64,000 bases of DNA, from contig NC_073381.1 in the NCBI RefSeq assembly GCF_028641065.1, forward strand, positions 83,886,001-83,950,000. Direction: 5' to 3'. This stretch comes from Leucoraja erinacea (Eukaryota). This document shows positions 23,553 through 37,269 of the stretch, piece by piece. Position 1 is the stretch's first letter. The number at the start of each line of letters is the position of its first letter. The translations under genes were made by a program, and so were the position numbers. The notes under the pieces were generated by a model. That model saw nothing but the letters and a program-made list of their open reading frames with translations. It did not search any database and was not told where the DNA came from.

Positions 23553-23669
23553 GAAGAAAATTTGCCACAGTTGTGAACTCTCGTTTGGACACCTGCAGTC
23601 GGGAGATATTCCGGCATGATGACCTTAAAAACCTTGTCCGTCTTGGTAGAGTTCGAGATCATTACATCT
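23553..23669 (+). CDS. POLR1C: POLR1C exon 8
   Basis: tag|(G)[38 protein letters not shown]|gtaagt. Confidence 0.96.
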
Positions 23670-24871
23670 GTAAGTACATGCTGTGGTTTGAGGGAGGGTT
23701 ATTTTAGGAATGTCGAGCAATGAAAGGCAAGTATATTTTGGGTTTGGGAATATTTTGAGTTAATTGTGTAGCTGCTCTGTCTGTGGTGCACAGAATTGGT
23801 CTGGACACCCTACCCACCGTGTAGAGATTGAAACCGCATTGAGTTATCATCCCATTGTGGAGTCAACTGGATCTGGACTTGGTTCCATCGCACAATGTAG
23901 ATAATTGGATCTCTACTGGACTCTTCCCATAGTGTGGACAACAGGAATTGGACTGGGCTCCTTTTCTGTGGTGTAGACAACTGTTGGACTAGGCACCCTG
24001 TGGTGTATACAACTGTTGGACTGCTCACTGGCTGTAGAGTTCAGCTGGAGTAGATCGAGTTGTCGCCATCCCCCACCTCTTTCCATCCTCACCAAACCAC
24101 CTCCCCATGCCAAAGGGAACCCAATAAAACCAGATGCTGGACATATTCAACAAGTTTGGCAGAATCTATCGAGAGAGAGAGAAACAAATCCAATTTTGGG
24201 TCAAAGCCCTTTGTAATCAGTTGCACATTGATTTTGACTGTCTCTTCAAGTAATAAAGATTCTTATGGTACTTTTCAAGATCAATGTTACACCACTCAAT
24301 ACAAAGGACACAAATTGTTTGACATGGGCAGGTAGCGTCTGAGGAAAGGGAATTAATATTTTAGGTGGGAAGGAGAATGGTTGCAGAGGTGATCCAAGCT
24401 AATCAGATCCCTATGGCAACCCCATCAGATATATTCCCTTTACCTGATCCACCCTTACCCTACTTTCTCCACTACTTGAAACATAACACTTCATTCTCTA
24501 ACTGTTTCTAGAATTTTGTGTCTAATTTTAGAATTCCAGCATTTACAATTTTTATTTTAATACAAATGAGGGGTATGTAGCCAGCAACTTGGTTGAAAAA
24601 AGGTTTGTGTGAGTGCTGGAACAGAGGGAGATTCGTTGATTCTGTGGTGGGATGTTGTCCATCGGAACCCGGGGTGAGTGACTTTGGATGTAACAGCCTC
24701 CCTTCCATGTACAGTTATGTTTGTTCACACAGAATGGGGAAGGTTCGAGAAGTCGGCAAGTTCAACTTTTGGGCAATGGGAGCTAGGTTATCCTTTTAAA
24801 AACATCAGTTGCCTTGGCTTTTCCCAATTTCCTGGGATGTTGCTGTCCACTAAGCTTCTTTATCTTTAAAG

Positions 24872-24990
24872 TTTCAGTAGAATCAACTGGAATTCTTCCA
24901 CCAGACGTGTTAGTGTCTGAAGCCATGAAAGTCCTGATAACAAAATGTAGAAGATTTCTGAATGAACTGGATGCGGTACAAGTAGACTGA
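24872..24990 (+). CDS. POLR1C: POLR1C exon 9 (terminal coding exon)
   Basis: aag|(F)[41 protein letters not shown]. The nine exons total 1050 nt = 349 aa plus stop. Confidence 0.96.
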
Positions 24991-25424
24991 GCTTCACACT
25001 TGTTGACTGGCTTTGGTGGCTCTGGACAATGGGAATGGTGTGCTCCTTCCTGAGCACCCATTGAATCTGACAGAACTGGAGAGTCACTGACTTGGTTTAG
25101 CGATGATCTCCCTGCACTGCAAATTAATGGGAGGACAATGACAATTACACTGATTGTCTGATAATGGTCCATAATTTCAATACAAATAAAAATAATATGA
25201 TGGAAATATGCAGCAAATCGGGCAATATCCACGAGTTGTTTCGGATTGATGACCTTTCATCAGAACTCGTACATGTCATCACCAGGTTACAACAGTGTTC
25301 TGCTCTTGTGAACTGTTTGTAACCCATTCATATGTACAGACTGTACACGAGTCAGACGTTCATAAACTGGGATGGACTTGTGATTCCAAGGTATTGTTAT
25401 CTGTATGTGTAAATATATTGCAAG

Positions 25425-25430
25425 AATAAA
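25425..25430 (+). terminator. Likely POLR1C polyadenylation signal
   Basis: AATAAA followed by a GT/T-rich tract (gtgttttcgt); a more proximal AATAAA lies at 25185-25190. Confidence 0.55.
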
Positions 25431-25450
25431 GTGTTTTCGTATTGACTAAT

Positions 25451-26077
25451 CTCAAGAGTCAAGAGTGTTTTATTGTCAAATGTTCCAGATATTCTTATAC
25501 ATACATACTCAAAAAACAAACAAAACAGTGCAATAATAAATAGTCTATTGCAGTTCAGAGGTTGTAGTGTTTAAGAGCCTAATGGCTGTTAAGAGCCTAA
25601 TGGCTGTAGGGAAGAAGCTGTTCTTGAATCTGGACGTTACAGTTTTCAGGCTTCTGTATCTTCTTCCCGATAGCAGTGGTGAAATGAGTGTGAGTCCAGG
25701 ATGGTGTGGGTCTCTGATGATATTGGCTGCCTTTTTGAGGCAGCGACTCTGATAAACCCTTTGATGGTGGGGAGGTCAGCCGGTGATGGACTGGGCCGTG
25801 TTCACAACTTTTTGCAGTCTTTTCTGCTCTTGGATGTTCAAGTTGCTGAACCAGGCCATGATGCAATCAGTCAATATGCACTCTACTGTGCACCTGTAGA
25901 AGTTCAAGAGAACACTCTTTGACATACCAACTCTCCGTAATCTTCTCAGGAAGTAGAGGCGCTGATGTGCTTTCCTTATAATTGCATCAGTGTGCTGAGT
26001 CCAGGAAAGATCTTCGGAAATATGTACGCCCAGGAATTTGAAGTTTTTTACTTTCTCCACCATCGTCCCATTGATAT
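25451..26077 (-). mobile_element. Rex1/Babar LINE 3' fragment
   Basis: FKFLGVHISEDLSWTQHTDAIIRKAHQRLYFLRRLRR; (CTCTTGA)n tail. Confidence 0.85.
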
Positions 26078-26399
26078 AAAATTAACTTCATACAAAGTGG
26101 GTGATTATAACTTGCATTTCCATACGCTGGCAAAATCAATGACACTTTGACGGATTTGTGTCTCTCCAGATGTAGCTACAGATTCACATGCCTTAGCTTC
26201 TCTTCCTGCTCCTCCATTACCCCTGGTGGCACAGAAACTGGATATTGAAATCTTAAGTAAAAGTGAAACTGCTGGTGCAACTCGGCCTCTCAGGCAGCAT
26301 CTGGTGGGAAATGGACTGACAATGTTTCGAGTTGAAACCCTGCTTTGGACTGAATCAAGAGGGTTTTAAACAGAAATAGTGCAACGGTCCTTCTACAGA

Positions 26400-27690
26400 C
26401 TGAATTCAAGCAGGCAATTAGAAAGGCCAAAAGGAGGCATGAATGTCATTGGCAAGTAGAATTTTAAAGAAGTCCAAGGATTTTTATATGCAAATTTAAA
26501 AACAATAGGGACACTAGTGAGTATGTAGGACCATTTATGGATAGATGAAGGAATTTTTGCTTTTAGAAGAATGTAGGTGAGGTTCTAAGCGAGTACCTTG
26601 CTATTCACCAAGCATGTGGAGGGTAGTGAGATCAGTACAGAGAAGACTTGGGTAGCTTGTGATCAAGGAAGAGGTGGTGTTCGGTCTCTTGGAAAACCAT
26701 TAAGTTGGATAAAGCCCATGTTATTGAGTGGACTGAAGAGTAGCCAATGTTTTTCCTTTGTTCAGGGGAAGTAAAAATAATCTAGGAAATTATAGGCTTG
26801 GCTATGGGAGAGAAATTCTGTGGGATATGATTTACTTGAATTTGGAGGAGAATGGGCTAATTGGGGACAGCCAGCATAGCTTTGTCTGCGGTAGGCTATG
26901 TCTTACTAACCTGATCGAGTTTTTTGTGAAGTAGATAAAGGCGTTTGATGAGGATAGGGTTGTAGTCCTTCATGGTAGGCTGATCCAGAAGCTTAAGATG
27001 CATGGCATCCATGGTGACCTGGCGGCCTGGATTCAGAACTGGTTTATCAACAGAAGACATGTTTGTGATGGAAGGGTGTTATTCTGGCTGGAGGGTGTGA
27101 TCGGTGTTCCGCAAGGATCTGTGCTAAAACCGTTGTTGTTTGTTTGTGACATAAATAAATGTTTTGGATGTAAATGTCCGTGGTTTCACTGGTAATTTTG
27201 TAGACAACGCTATAATTGGTGGAGTTGCCAACAGTGAGGAAGGCTATCAAAAGATCCAGTGAGATTTAGATCAATAACAGGTATGGTCAGAGAGATGCAG
27301 GTGGAATTTATTCTGAGCTTGTGTGATGTGTTGCACTTTGGGAGGTTGAATGGAGAAAGTATACCGTTAGTGGCAAGACCCATAACAGCATTGATGTTGG
27401 AAGGGATCTTGGTGTCCAAGTCTATTGCTCCCTGAAATGGCAAGACAAGTAGATGGAGTGGTAAAGAAAGTGTCAAGTGTATACTATAGGAAGAGTTTGG
27501 CACAAACATGGATTGCTTCTGGAATGTCAGAAGTTGAGGGGAGACCTGATAGAAGTATATAAAATTGTGAGTTGCAGTTAGGGTAGACACTACAATCTTT
27601 TTTTCCTAGGTTGGGAATGTAAATGACAGAGCGTGGCTTTCAGGTCAGAAGGGAAACGTTTGAAGGTGGTATGCGGGGCAAGATTTTTAC
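26400..27690 (+). mobile_element. Old CR1 LINE fragment
   Basis: HGIHGDLAAWIQNW..GVPQGSVL remnants with many stops. Confidence 0.7.
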
Positions 27691-30121
27691 GAAGAATGGA
27701 AACTGTTCGTAGATAAATCAGGGTGGTTGAAGTGAAAACTATGGAACACGTAAAAACTGAACGCAAAGACCGTAGCGACCAGGCAGTGAGGAAAGAAAAA
27801 CTATGTTACTGTAATTATATAATGACTGACCTAGTGCAGAATTGGCTAGTACTGAGAACACCTTTTACTGGAGAGATCAGGTAAGTCCTTGCTTGACACG
27901 TGGAGCCTTTGTTTCCTGTGACTAAGGCAAAACAGGCTTCCCAGAAGAATTCAGGAAGTCCTGGGGGACTTTCTTTTAAACTGCACTGACTGAATGCAGA
28001 ACATGTTCATTCCTGCAAGCTTAGGACCACAAGGCAGGCTTTTATATAGCATGGTAAAGAGATAACCGGGACAGGAGCCCTGTACTTCCCCTGCCCGGTC
28101 ACGCATGGATATATCCACAGATCTACCCCCGAGTTTGTATCCCCTCTCCCCGCCCCCTACAATAAACTAAACTATCCAGGTCCTTTGTGTGAATTATGCT
28201 TCCCGCTCCTGCAGTTCCCGCTCTGAAGCCCTGTCTTTGCCCCTCCCCCCACTCCATGCTTGGCCGAGGACTCCAACCGCCCAATCCCAGCCGCCTCTCC
28301 CCTCCCCCTGCAGCAGCGCACAGCAAACCAAAGATCAAAGAAGGCTCTTGCTCTAGTATTTTTGCAGCAAACCTCGCTCTCCTCCGTCTCACTGCGGCTT
28401 CACTCCCTCTTGCGGAGCAGCAGCGAGAACAATGTGTGTTTGCCGCTTCCGAGGCAATGGGGGGGGAAGGGAAATGCCGGGCTGGGTGGGGAATCTTGAA
28501 ACAGACTGAGGTGCATGACTTGTTTAAGAAAGACCTGCGGATGCTGGAAAAATCGAAGATAGACAAAAAAAAGCTGGAGAAACTCAGCGGGTGAGGCAGC
28601 ATCTATGGAGGGAAGGAATAGGTGACGTTTAGGGTTGAGACCATGAGTTGCTGCGAGCTTGAAATGCAGGCTCCTTTACTGTAATCTAATCCTGCTGGGA
28701 TACTTCTGATTTCCACACCTCATAAAGGGTGGGGCAGCACAGAAACTGGTCATTCGGCAATTTTATTGCCGATCTGCTCTAATCCCATTTCCCCGCACTG
28801 TAGCCTTCCATGCCATGCCAATTTCAGTGCAAGCCTAAGTGTCTTTGAAACACGATGATCGCAATTGATTTCATTTCTGAGAACGAGTTCCGATTATCAA
28901 TTTATATCTGAGTTTAAAAAAGCGTGTCTCGGATCTCTTTTGAAACTCATTCCCCTCGCCTGATACCTGCCCCATGGGGAAATATATCTGCTCTATCTAT
29001 GCCTCATATAACGTTGCCTATTCCATCAGGTCCCCCTCCCCCCCCCCCCCCCCCCCGTGTCCTTCCCTCCCGGGAAAAAAAAGTCCAGCCCATGCAATCT
29101 CTCCCCATAACTAAAATCCTCCAATCCAGGGCAGGTATTCACACCCTTGTGAACAAAGATTGTGAACCTCACCTGCACTCTCCAGCGCATTCACATCCAT
29201 CCTGCAGACAATGTAGGGAACTCCCCATTTACTCTGAAACAACTAGTTTGCTAGATGTTTGCATTTCTGTAGTGCCTTTTACACCTGGGGTATATCCCAG
29301 GGCCTTTCACAGTCCATGAGGTATTTGAGAAACATTGCCACTGTTATAGTGAATCATGCAAATTAGAAACAGATCACCCAGCTCCTCAAGGTTGCCCTGC
29401 CATTTAATAAAGTCACAGTTGATCTTACTGTACGATCCACTTCCCATTGCTGCCTGTCCCCAGTAATCCATCTTACTCTGCCCTAAAAATAAGCAGACTC
29501 CCAATAACCCTTTCTGGCTTAAGTCCTCCCTCCACCACCTCCAGTTTAAATTCCATTTGGAATATTTTGGAGGACCAAGAAACCAAGACTCGGCTTCCCC
29601 TTCAAGGGCGAGATTTCAATATTGTGCCTCATCTCCACTTTAATGACCTTTGTGTGCATGTATCTTTGCGTAAATAATTTTGCTAATGCAATAATTATAA
29701 TTTTGTGAAAAGGAGCAATGCAGTTGTATTGCCGAAGCTGCAGTCAGACTACAGGCTGTCCGGCCGGTGCACTGTGCTCCCCCTGGTGGAGGAGAAGCTT
29801 ACTTCAGGCCCAGTAGCTGTGGGGCCACCGGCCTCCATTTTGTGCCTCACTTTTCTTCCTGTGGCCATTTCGTGGGTTGATTCGCGTGTGTCGTTGTCAA
29901 TGCAGCAGAGCCCTTTCCCTCAGAGCTCCCACATTCATTGCAAACCGTGCGGGAGAGCAGGGATTTTAATCCAGGAACACAAATCCTGCATTTTCTGGAC
30001 ATCAGGAAGCCCCAATATTGTCAGAATCCCAGTTTCAGGGGGAGATTTACTGGGGCTGCTCATTAATTTAATTCAGAGCAACATCTCAAACCTGTGTCGC
30101 ATCAGAGTGGAGAGTGGGGTT

Positions 30122-30568
30122 TAGAGTGGCAGCTATCCCGTATTTGGGGCTAAATTGGTCTGTCCTGTGCGGGACCGACCTTGTCCCGTATTTGAGTGCT
30201 GTAACTCGGGTCGAGGAGGAGGGGAGGGGAGGCGTTGGGTCGGAGCAAAGGGCTGTTGCGGCCCCGCCTCACCCGTCCCGACCTAGTGGAGCAGGAGGAG
30301 CAGCAGCGCCTCACCCGGCCCTCGCTTACCGCTGACACCACCACCACCCCCTCCCCTTCTCATGGCTGATCATCGGTTCATGACTTGTATGGGGATGCTG
30401 GACTTTGCCGAAACTCCCCAGCTGTCCCACCGGCTGGGCTTTGTGTGCAGTCCAGCACCCGGGCCCACTAACTCATCATTCACCCAGCCACGGCCGAGTC
30501 TGTCAACGATTTGTCCCGTATTTTGACCTTTTGTCCCTTATTTGGGAGTGAGAAAGTTGGCAACCCAA
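30122..30568. mobile_element. Non-autonomous hAT (Blackjack-like) DNA transposon
   Basis: Degenerate TIRs TAGAGTGGCAGCT / AGTTGGCAACCCAA (consensus-like TAGGGTTGCCAACT); subterminal GTCCCGTATTT repeats at both ends. Confidence 0.6.
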
Positions 30569-30611
30569 CCGTTGGGTGTCTTCTTGCAAGACATGCTGTG
30601 TAAATACAAAA

Positions 30612-30815
30612 TGTAGAAATAAGGAACTACAGATGTTTGTTTATATTTAAAAAAAAGACAAAAGTGCTGGAGTAACTCAGCAGGTCAGGCAGCATCTCTG
30701 GGGTACATGGAGAGGTGGAGAAGGGTCCCATCCCGAAACGTCACCTGTCCATATTCTCCACAGATGCTGCCTGACCCGCTGAGTTATTCCAGCACTTGTG
30801 TCTTGGTGTAAATAC
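30612..30815. mobile_element. Inverted Penelope pseudo-LTR pair
   Basis: Inverted repeat 30657-30717 / 30742-30802 around gggtcccatcccgaaacgtc. Confidence 0.7.
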
Positions 30816-31864
30816 AACATTGTTGTTGACCTCAATCAATTCGACAGCGCCAGTCCCTGACACACAGTGGGCAGAGCTCATACACATGGATGACGGTCCA
30901 CACTTGATGACAGTCCACACACTTCGAACCAGGATTGTCTCCTGCACGGTAAGTTGTTGCTCTATATCCAGTCTTCTCATGGCCCGAGGAGGAGGTCCCC
31001 ATGTACAGGAGCGCTGGGAGGATTTCTTACATTCGCCCCATTCGGGGCAAGATGGTGCCAGAGCGTGACCCTCTGTGGGCCCAGTTCATTTCCTTATACC
31101 TATTGCATTGTCCATGGTCCCAACCCATCTCCTTACACCTACTATAATTATTCTATTCTAAGACCGTCAGAATTACTGACTCGATAGCACGCAAAACATA
31201 TTGTTTTCACTGTGTCTCAGTACCTGTGTCATTAATAATCCAATACCATAGGATAGCGCTGTGGGTTAATTGGCTGCTGTAAATTGCCCCCAGTGTGTGG
31301 GCGAGTGGTGGTGGCATCTGGGAGCAAGTTGAGGGGACTGTGGGGAGAATAGTCACAAGGAATGGGATTAATGTGATGATTCGCATGCAATCAGAAAACC
31401 AAATTTCTTCGACAGAATCTACAAAAACCAAATCTATTATAAAATGGAGCATCTTTGAGAAAACTAAGCCAAGAAAGACAAAAAAAGTTCTGCATGTCTC
31501 CAAAGACTCTTGGATGCACTGTAGTAAGCATTTTATCGAGATGCATCATAGAAACATCGAAAATAGGTGCAGGAGGAGCCCATTCGGCCCTTCGAGCCAG
31601 CACCGCCATTCATTGTGATCATGGCTGATCGTCCCCAATCAAGAACCCGTGCCTGTCTTCTCCCCATATCCCTTGATTCCACTAGCCGCTAGATCACAGC
31701 TTGGTTTGGGAACATTTCTACCCATAACGACAGGAAATTGCAGAGTTGTGGATGCAGTCCACTCCCATCACACAACCAGTGTCCCCTCACCCGACATCGA
31801 CTCCATTTACACTTCATGCTGCCTCGGGAGAGCAGCCAACATAATCGAGGATCCTTTAGAGGAC

Positions 31865-33587
31865 AATAGATAAAGGTGCTGGAGTAGGCCATTTGGCCCT
31901 TCGAGCCAGCACCGCCATTCAATGTGATCATGGCTGATCATCCCCAATCAGTACCCCATTCCTGCCTTCTCCCCATATCCCCTGACCGCTATTTTTAAGA
32001 GCCCTATCTAGGTCTCTCTTCAAAGCATCCAGAGAACCTGCCTTCACCGCCTTCTGAGGCAGAGAATTCCACAGACTCACCACTCTCTGTGAGAAAAAGT
32101 GTTTCCTCTTCTCCATTCTAAATGGCTTACTCCTTATTTTTAAACTGTGGCCCCTGGTTCTGGACTCCCCCAACATCAGGAACATGTTTCCTGCCTCTAG
32201 TGTGTCCAAGCCCTTAACAATCTTATATGTTTCAATGAGATACCCTCTCATCCTTCTAAACTCCAGAGTGTACAAGCCCAGCTGCTCCGTTCTCTCAGCA
32301 TATGACAGTCCGCCATCCCGGGAATTAACCTTGTAAACCTACGCTGCACTCCCTCAATAGCAAAAATGTCCTTCCTCAAATTAGGGGTCCAAAACTGCAC
32401 ACAATACTAGGGCTCTGTACAACTGCAGAAGGACCTCTTTGCTCCTATATTCGATTCCTCTTGTTATAAAGGCAAACATGCCATTCGCTTTCTTCACGGC
32501 CTGCTGTACCTGCATGCTTACTTTCATAGACTGATGTACAAGGACCCCCAGATCCCGTTGTACTTCCCCTTTTGCCAACTTGACGCCATTTAGATAGTAA
32601 TCTGCCTTCCTGTTTTTGCTACCAAAGTGGATAACCTCACATTTATCCGCATTAAACCCATCTGCCACTCTCCCCAACCTGTCCAAGTCACCCAGCATTC
32701 TCATAGCATCCTTCTCACAGTTCACACTGCCACCCAGCTTTGTGTCATCTGCAAATTTGCTAATGTTACTTTGAATCCCTTCATCCAAATCATTGATGTA
32801 TTTTGTAAATAGCTGCAGTCGCACTGAGCCTTGCGGTACCCCACTAGTCACTGCCTGCCACTCTGAAAGGGACCCGTTAATCCCTACTCTTTGTTTCCTG
32901 TCTGCTAACCACTTCTCTATCCATGTCAGCACTCTACCCCCAATACCATGTGCCCTAATTTTGCCCACTAATCTCTTATGTGGAACCTTATCAAATGCTT
33001 TCTGAAAGTCCAGGTACACTACATCCACTGGCTCTCCCTTGTCCATTATCCCAGTTACATCTTCAAAAAATTCCAGAAGATTAGTCAAGCATGATTTCCC
33101 CTTCGTAAATCCATGCTGACTCGGACCGATTCTGTTACTGCTATCTAAATGTGCGGCTATCTCATTATTTATAATTGACGCCAGCATCTTCCCCACCACC
33201 GATGTCAGGCTAACTGGTCTATAATTCCCCGTTTTCTCTCTCCAGCCTTTCTTAAAAAGTGGGATAACATCCAATCCACAGGAACTGATCCTGAATCTAT
33301 AGAACATTGGAAAATTATCACCAATGTATCCACAATTTCTAGAGCCACATCCTTAAGCACCCTGGGATGCAGACCATCAGGCCCTGGGGATTTATCAGCC
33401 TTCAGTCCCATCAGTCTATCCAACACCATTTCCTGCCTAATGTGGATTTCCTTCAGTTCCTCTGTCACCCCAGATCCTCTGGCCACTACTACATCAGGAA
33501 GATTGTTTGTGTCCTCCTTAGTGAAGACAGATCCAAAGTACCTATTCAACTCATCTGCCATTTCCTTGTTCCCCATAATAAATTCAC
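31865..33587 (-). mobile_element. CR1 LINE (5'-truncated, frameshifted)
   Basis: ORFs 33205-33576, 32381-33307 and 31928-32275 carry RT motifs. Confidence 0.93.
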
Positions 33588-33948
33588 ATCATAATAAATT
33601 GAGAGGAGGTCATTCCCTCCTCTCAACTGTCAGACAGAGATACAGAAGTATGTGCCAATTCAGGAACAGCTACTTCCCTGCTGCTATCAGACGACTGAAT
33701 GGTCCTCTCATAAGCCAAGGGTGTAATACCGGTCTCCTGACCACATTGTGAACCTGACATTATAACATAATATTCTGCACTCTAGTATTTTTCTCCAGGC
33801 ACAACCTGTTGTATTTATGTATGGCTTGATTGTATACACGTATAGTATGGTTTGTCTGGATAGCAATCATACATTATTTTTCACTGTATCTCGCTGCCTA
33901 CAAGGGTAAATCAATACCAATGTCATTAGTGGAACTGAATTGACCCTC

Positions 33949-33967
33949 TGCCGCCATCTGGTGGCCG
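33949..33967 (-). promoter_or_regulatory. CTCF-binding motif
   Basis: rc GGCCACCAGATGGCGGCA matches the CCACYAGRKGGC core, in a short non-repeat island. Confidence 0.6.
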
Positions 33968-34014
33968 TGGGAAGAACCTGCGAGAGATTTATTTGAGGTG
34001 CAGATCACGAAGGG

Positions 34015-35447
34015 GTCAAGTCACGTCAATTTTATTTCTATAGCACATTTAACAACAACTCTCGTTGACCAAAGTGCTTAACAGTAGTGCAGGCACTAAC
34101 GTGCTACAAGACAGTGGTACATAAATCAACAATACATACATAAATACATACATACAGCGCTCCCTCAGAGGACATCAAGAAAGGTTTGAGAGTAGATATA
34201 AGTTTTAAGTCTAGGCTAAAAAGAGTTGATGGACGGGGCAGTTCTGATGGGAAGAGGCGATGCTGTTCCACAGTCTAGGTGCTGCAATCGCAAAAGCGCG
34301 GTTACCCCAGAGCTTATGCCTAGACAGTGGGATGGTCAGTAACCCCAAGTCGGCCGATCTGAGGGACCTGGAGGTGGTATGGTGGGTAAGCAGATTTGTG
34401 ATATATGTGGGGGCAAGCCCGTTAAGGGCTTTGTATACATAAAGAAGGTGCTTGAAATTGATTCAGAACCGCACTGAGAGCCAGTGCAGAGAGGCCAGAA
34501 TCGGGGTGATGTGATCCCTTTTTCGGGTGCCCGTCAGAAGTCTCGCAGCGGCGTTTTGGACCAATTGCAGGTGAGACAGGGATGATTGGCTGATGCCTGT
34601 GTAAAGAGAGTTGCAGTAATCAAGGTGGGACGAGATAAATGAGTGGATGATCTTTTCGACGTTGTTAAATTGGAGGAATTATTTTATTTTAGCTATCGTC
34701 CGAAGCTGGAAGAAGCTAGCTTTAACCACGGCATTGACTTGTTAATGACTGAGTAATGGGTGAGGCTTCCAAGGCTGCCTGCTATCGTTTTGATGGAGTC
34801 CGAGGGGCCGAGTAGGATGACCTCAGACTTACTCTTGTTTAGTTGGAGGAAGTTCTAGGCCACCCAACACTTTATATCCTCGAGGCAGTGGACAAGGCTG
34901 AGTAGATTTGATCGGTTGTTGGGTTTCAGGGGGATAGAGTTGTGAATCGTGTGCATAGCAATGGAAGGAAATGCTGTGCCTTTGAATGACTTGGCCTAAG
35001 GGGAGCATATACAGGGAGATGAGAATGGGGCAAGGATGGAACCTTGTGGAACCCCACAGCAGAGGCTAGCTGGGGAGGAGAAAGAGTTGCCTATGTTTGA
35101 AGAGAAACTCCTATCTTTGACGTAGGAGATGAACCAGCTCAGGGCAGTGCCATCAATACCCACCCCGTACCGGATTAGGATGGTGTAATCATCAAACAGC
35201 AACAGTATCAAAACAGTATCAAAAGCTGCGCTGAGGTCGAGAAGGAGCAGTATAGCACAGTCGCCGGAGTCAATGGTGAGAGGTAGGTCATTGTGTACCT
35301 TCAACAAGGCGGACTCTGTGCTGTGGTGGGCCCTGAAACCTGATTGGAAACTTTCCAGGATGGTATTTTGGTGTAGGTAAGGCATAAGTTGATTTAAAAT
35401 TACCTTTTCAATGACTTTTGAAAGGAAAGGGAGTTTGGAAATAGTCT
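34015..35447 (-). mobile_element. L2-clade LINE fragment
   Basis: [52 protein letters not shown]. Confidence 0.88.
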
Positions 35448-37269
35448 TAATCAGGAAAGGTCCAACATCCTTTCCTGCTCCTAGCAATCTGTGGTTCCAG
35501 ATTGTTCTCTGGAATTCTCTTCCCCCGAGGGTGGAGTAGGCTGGGTCATTTCATATATTTAAGGCAGAGATAGATAACACATTAAAACATCTAGGAACTG
35601 AGGGCTCTGGGGAATGGCACAGAAGAGGAGCTGAGAGCAGCAGGAATCAGTTCCCCATCACACTGCCAGTGGTGGGGCAGGTCCAGTGGGCCATGTGGCC
35701 TACTTTCCTGCGTGTTTGTTGTGTATGCATTCTATTTACCAGAGCAGAACTGATTTTCTTTGGATTATTGGGCTTGCTCATCTAACTATTCAGATCAAAA
35801 TCAGAACTGCAACAAGCTTGAACCTCCAGGCCAAGGGAGGTGCACCAACCTTTGCTTAATTCCAGCATGGAAATTGGGAGAGACGTAGGAAGACTAGATG
35901 CACACTCCATGTTCTTCCTGACATTACCCACTTCATAGAACCACTGTTGAGAACCAGGTTAACCTGGAATGTAGGAACATTTCCAATATTTCTGGGTCTG
36001 TTGGTGCTCAGCAAAAATTGTGGCCCCTCATTTGTTTGGTGGGATTTCCGTTCCTTCTAACACGATTCCAGAATGATATCCAGGCAAGGTCAACAGCGGT
36101 TCTGCGGTGGAGAAGCAACAGCGTTCGTGAGGCCTGCTTCCCCAGTGACTGTGCTATTTAAAGGGGCAGCACTCAAACAGGACCTGTCACCAAAACCACT
36201 GTCAAGAGGAACCCGAAACTGTCTGTGGAGAGTGGGGTCACGGACAATGTCTCTGCCGCGGGATCATTCTGTGGCTTCTCTCTGCTGCATTATGAAGGTC
36301 ATCTAAACCCATCCACAGGTGAAGGGACAGAATGTGCTGGCATTTGACTGCATTTAACACTGCCCCAAAAAGGCAATCATTCATAAACTGCCCTTAGGTC
36401 CTTTCAGAGATCTTCATAACAACTTCCTAACAGGACTCTGGCTGATCAATATGATCATATTGAATGGCGGTGCAGGCTCGAAGGGCCGAATGGCCTACTC
36501 CTGCACCTAATTTCTATGTTTCTATGATCTGCATCCATGGTAAATATACCTCCAGCAGTCACCATTCTTTACCAGCTTGTGTAGGTCACTCTAATACCCA
36601 GAAGCCCTCTCCCAACCCCCTTCCACCATCATATATTTATCCATTGCATTACTTCACAGTAACAGGAAGAGTGCTGCTTGTATACAGGTTGGTCCCCTGT
36701 AAACCTGGCTACAAGGTTTTCCTACAAGACATGTCTCAGCACTTGGGGCTCAGTCTCAAGTTCAACAAAGTTCAGATAGCCAGTCTTTTCAGTTTACATT
36801 GTTTTCATGAATGGTCTCCACAGATTTGCTTAAGTATTTCCAACCATCCCCAGTTAATGAAGGGCTTGAATTCCTGCAGAATCATTTGTACAGTGGGAGG
36901 TCTTTAAATCCATAACTTCTACAGGGAATATCAGTTGTGGTGGGCGGTGAGAAAAGCTGTCATAAGCTCATCGATTAATTCTTCCAGAGGAGAATGCAGT
37001 AAATCAAAATCAAACTGCTGGTTTTAGAGGTACAAGTGATTGCAGATGTTGGAATCTTCACCCAATAAAAACAATGTGCTGAAGGAACTCGGTAGATCAG
37101 GCAGCGTGTGTGCAGGAAATAGACACATGGTGCGTTGGGTCAGAGTTCTTCAGACTGGCATTGGCAAGCTGAACTTACAAGTCATTCATCCAGTGGATAG
37201 TGTTGCCAGACCTGAGCGCACAGCTGCTCGAGTTTTTTTTAAATAGCTTGTTTATTTTACACCCATTAC

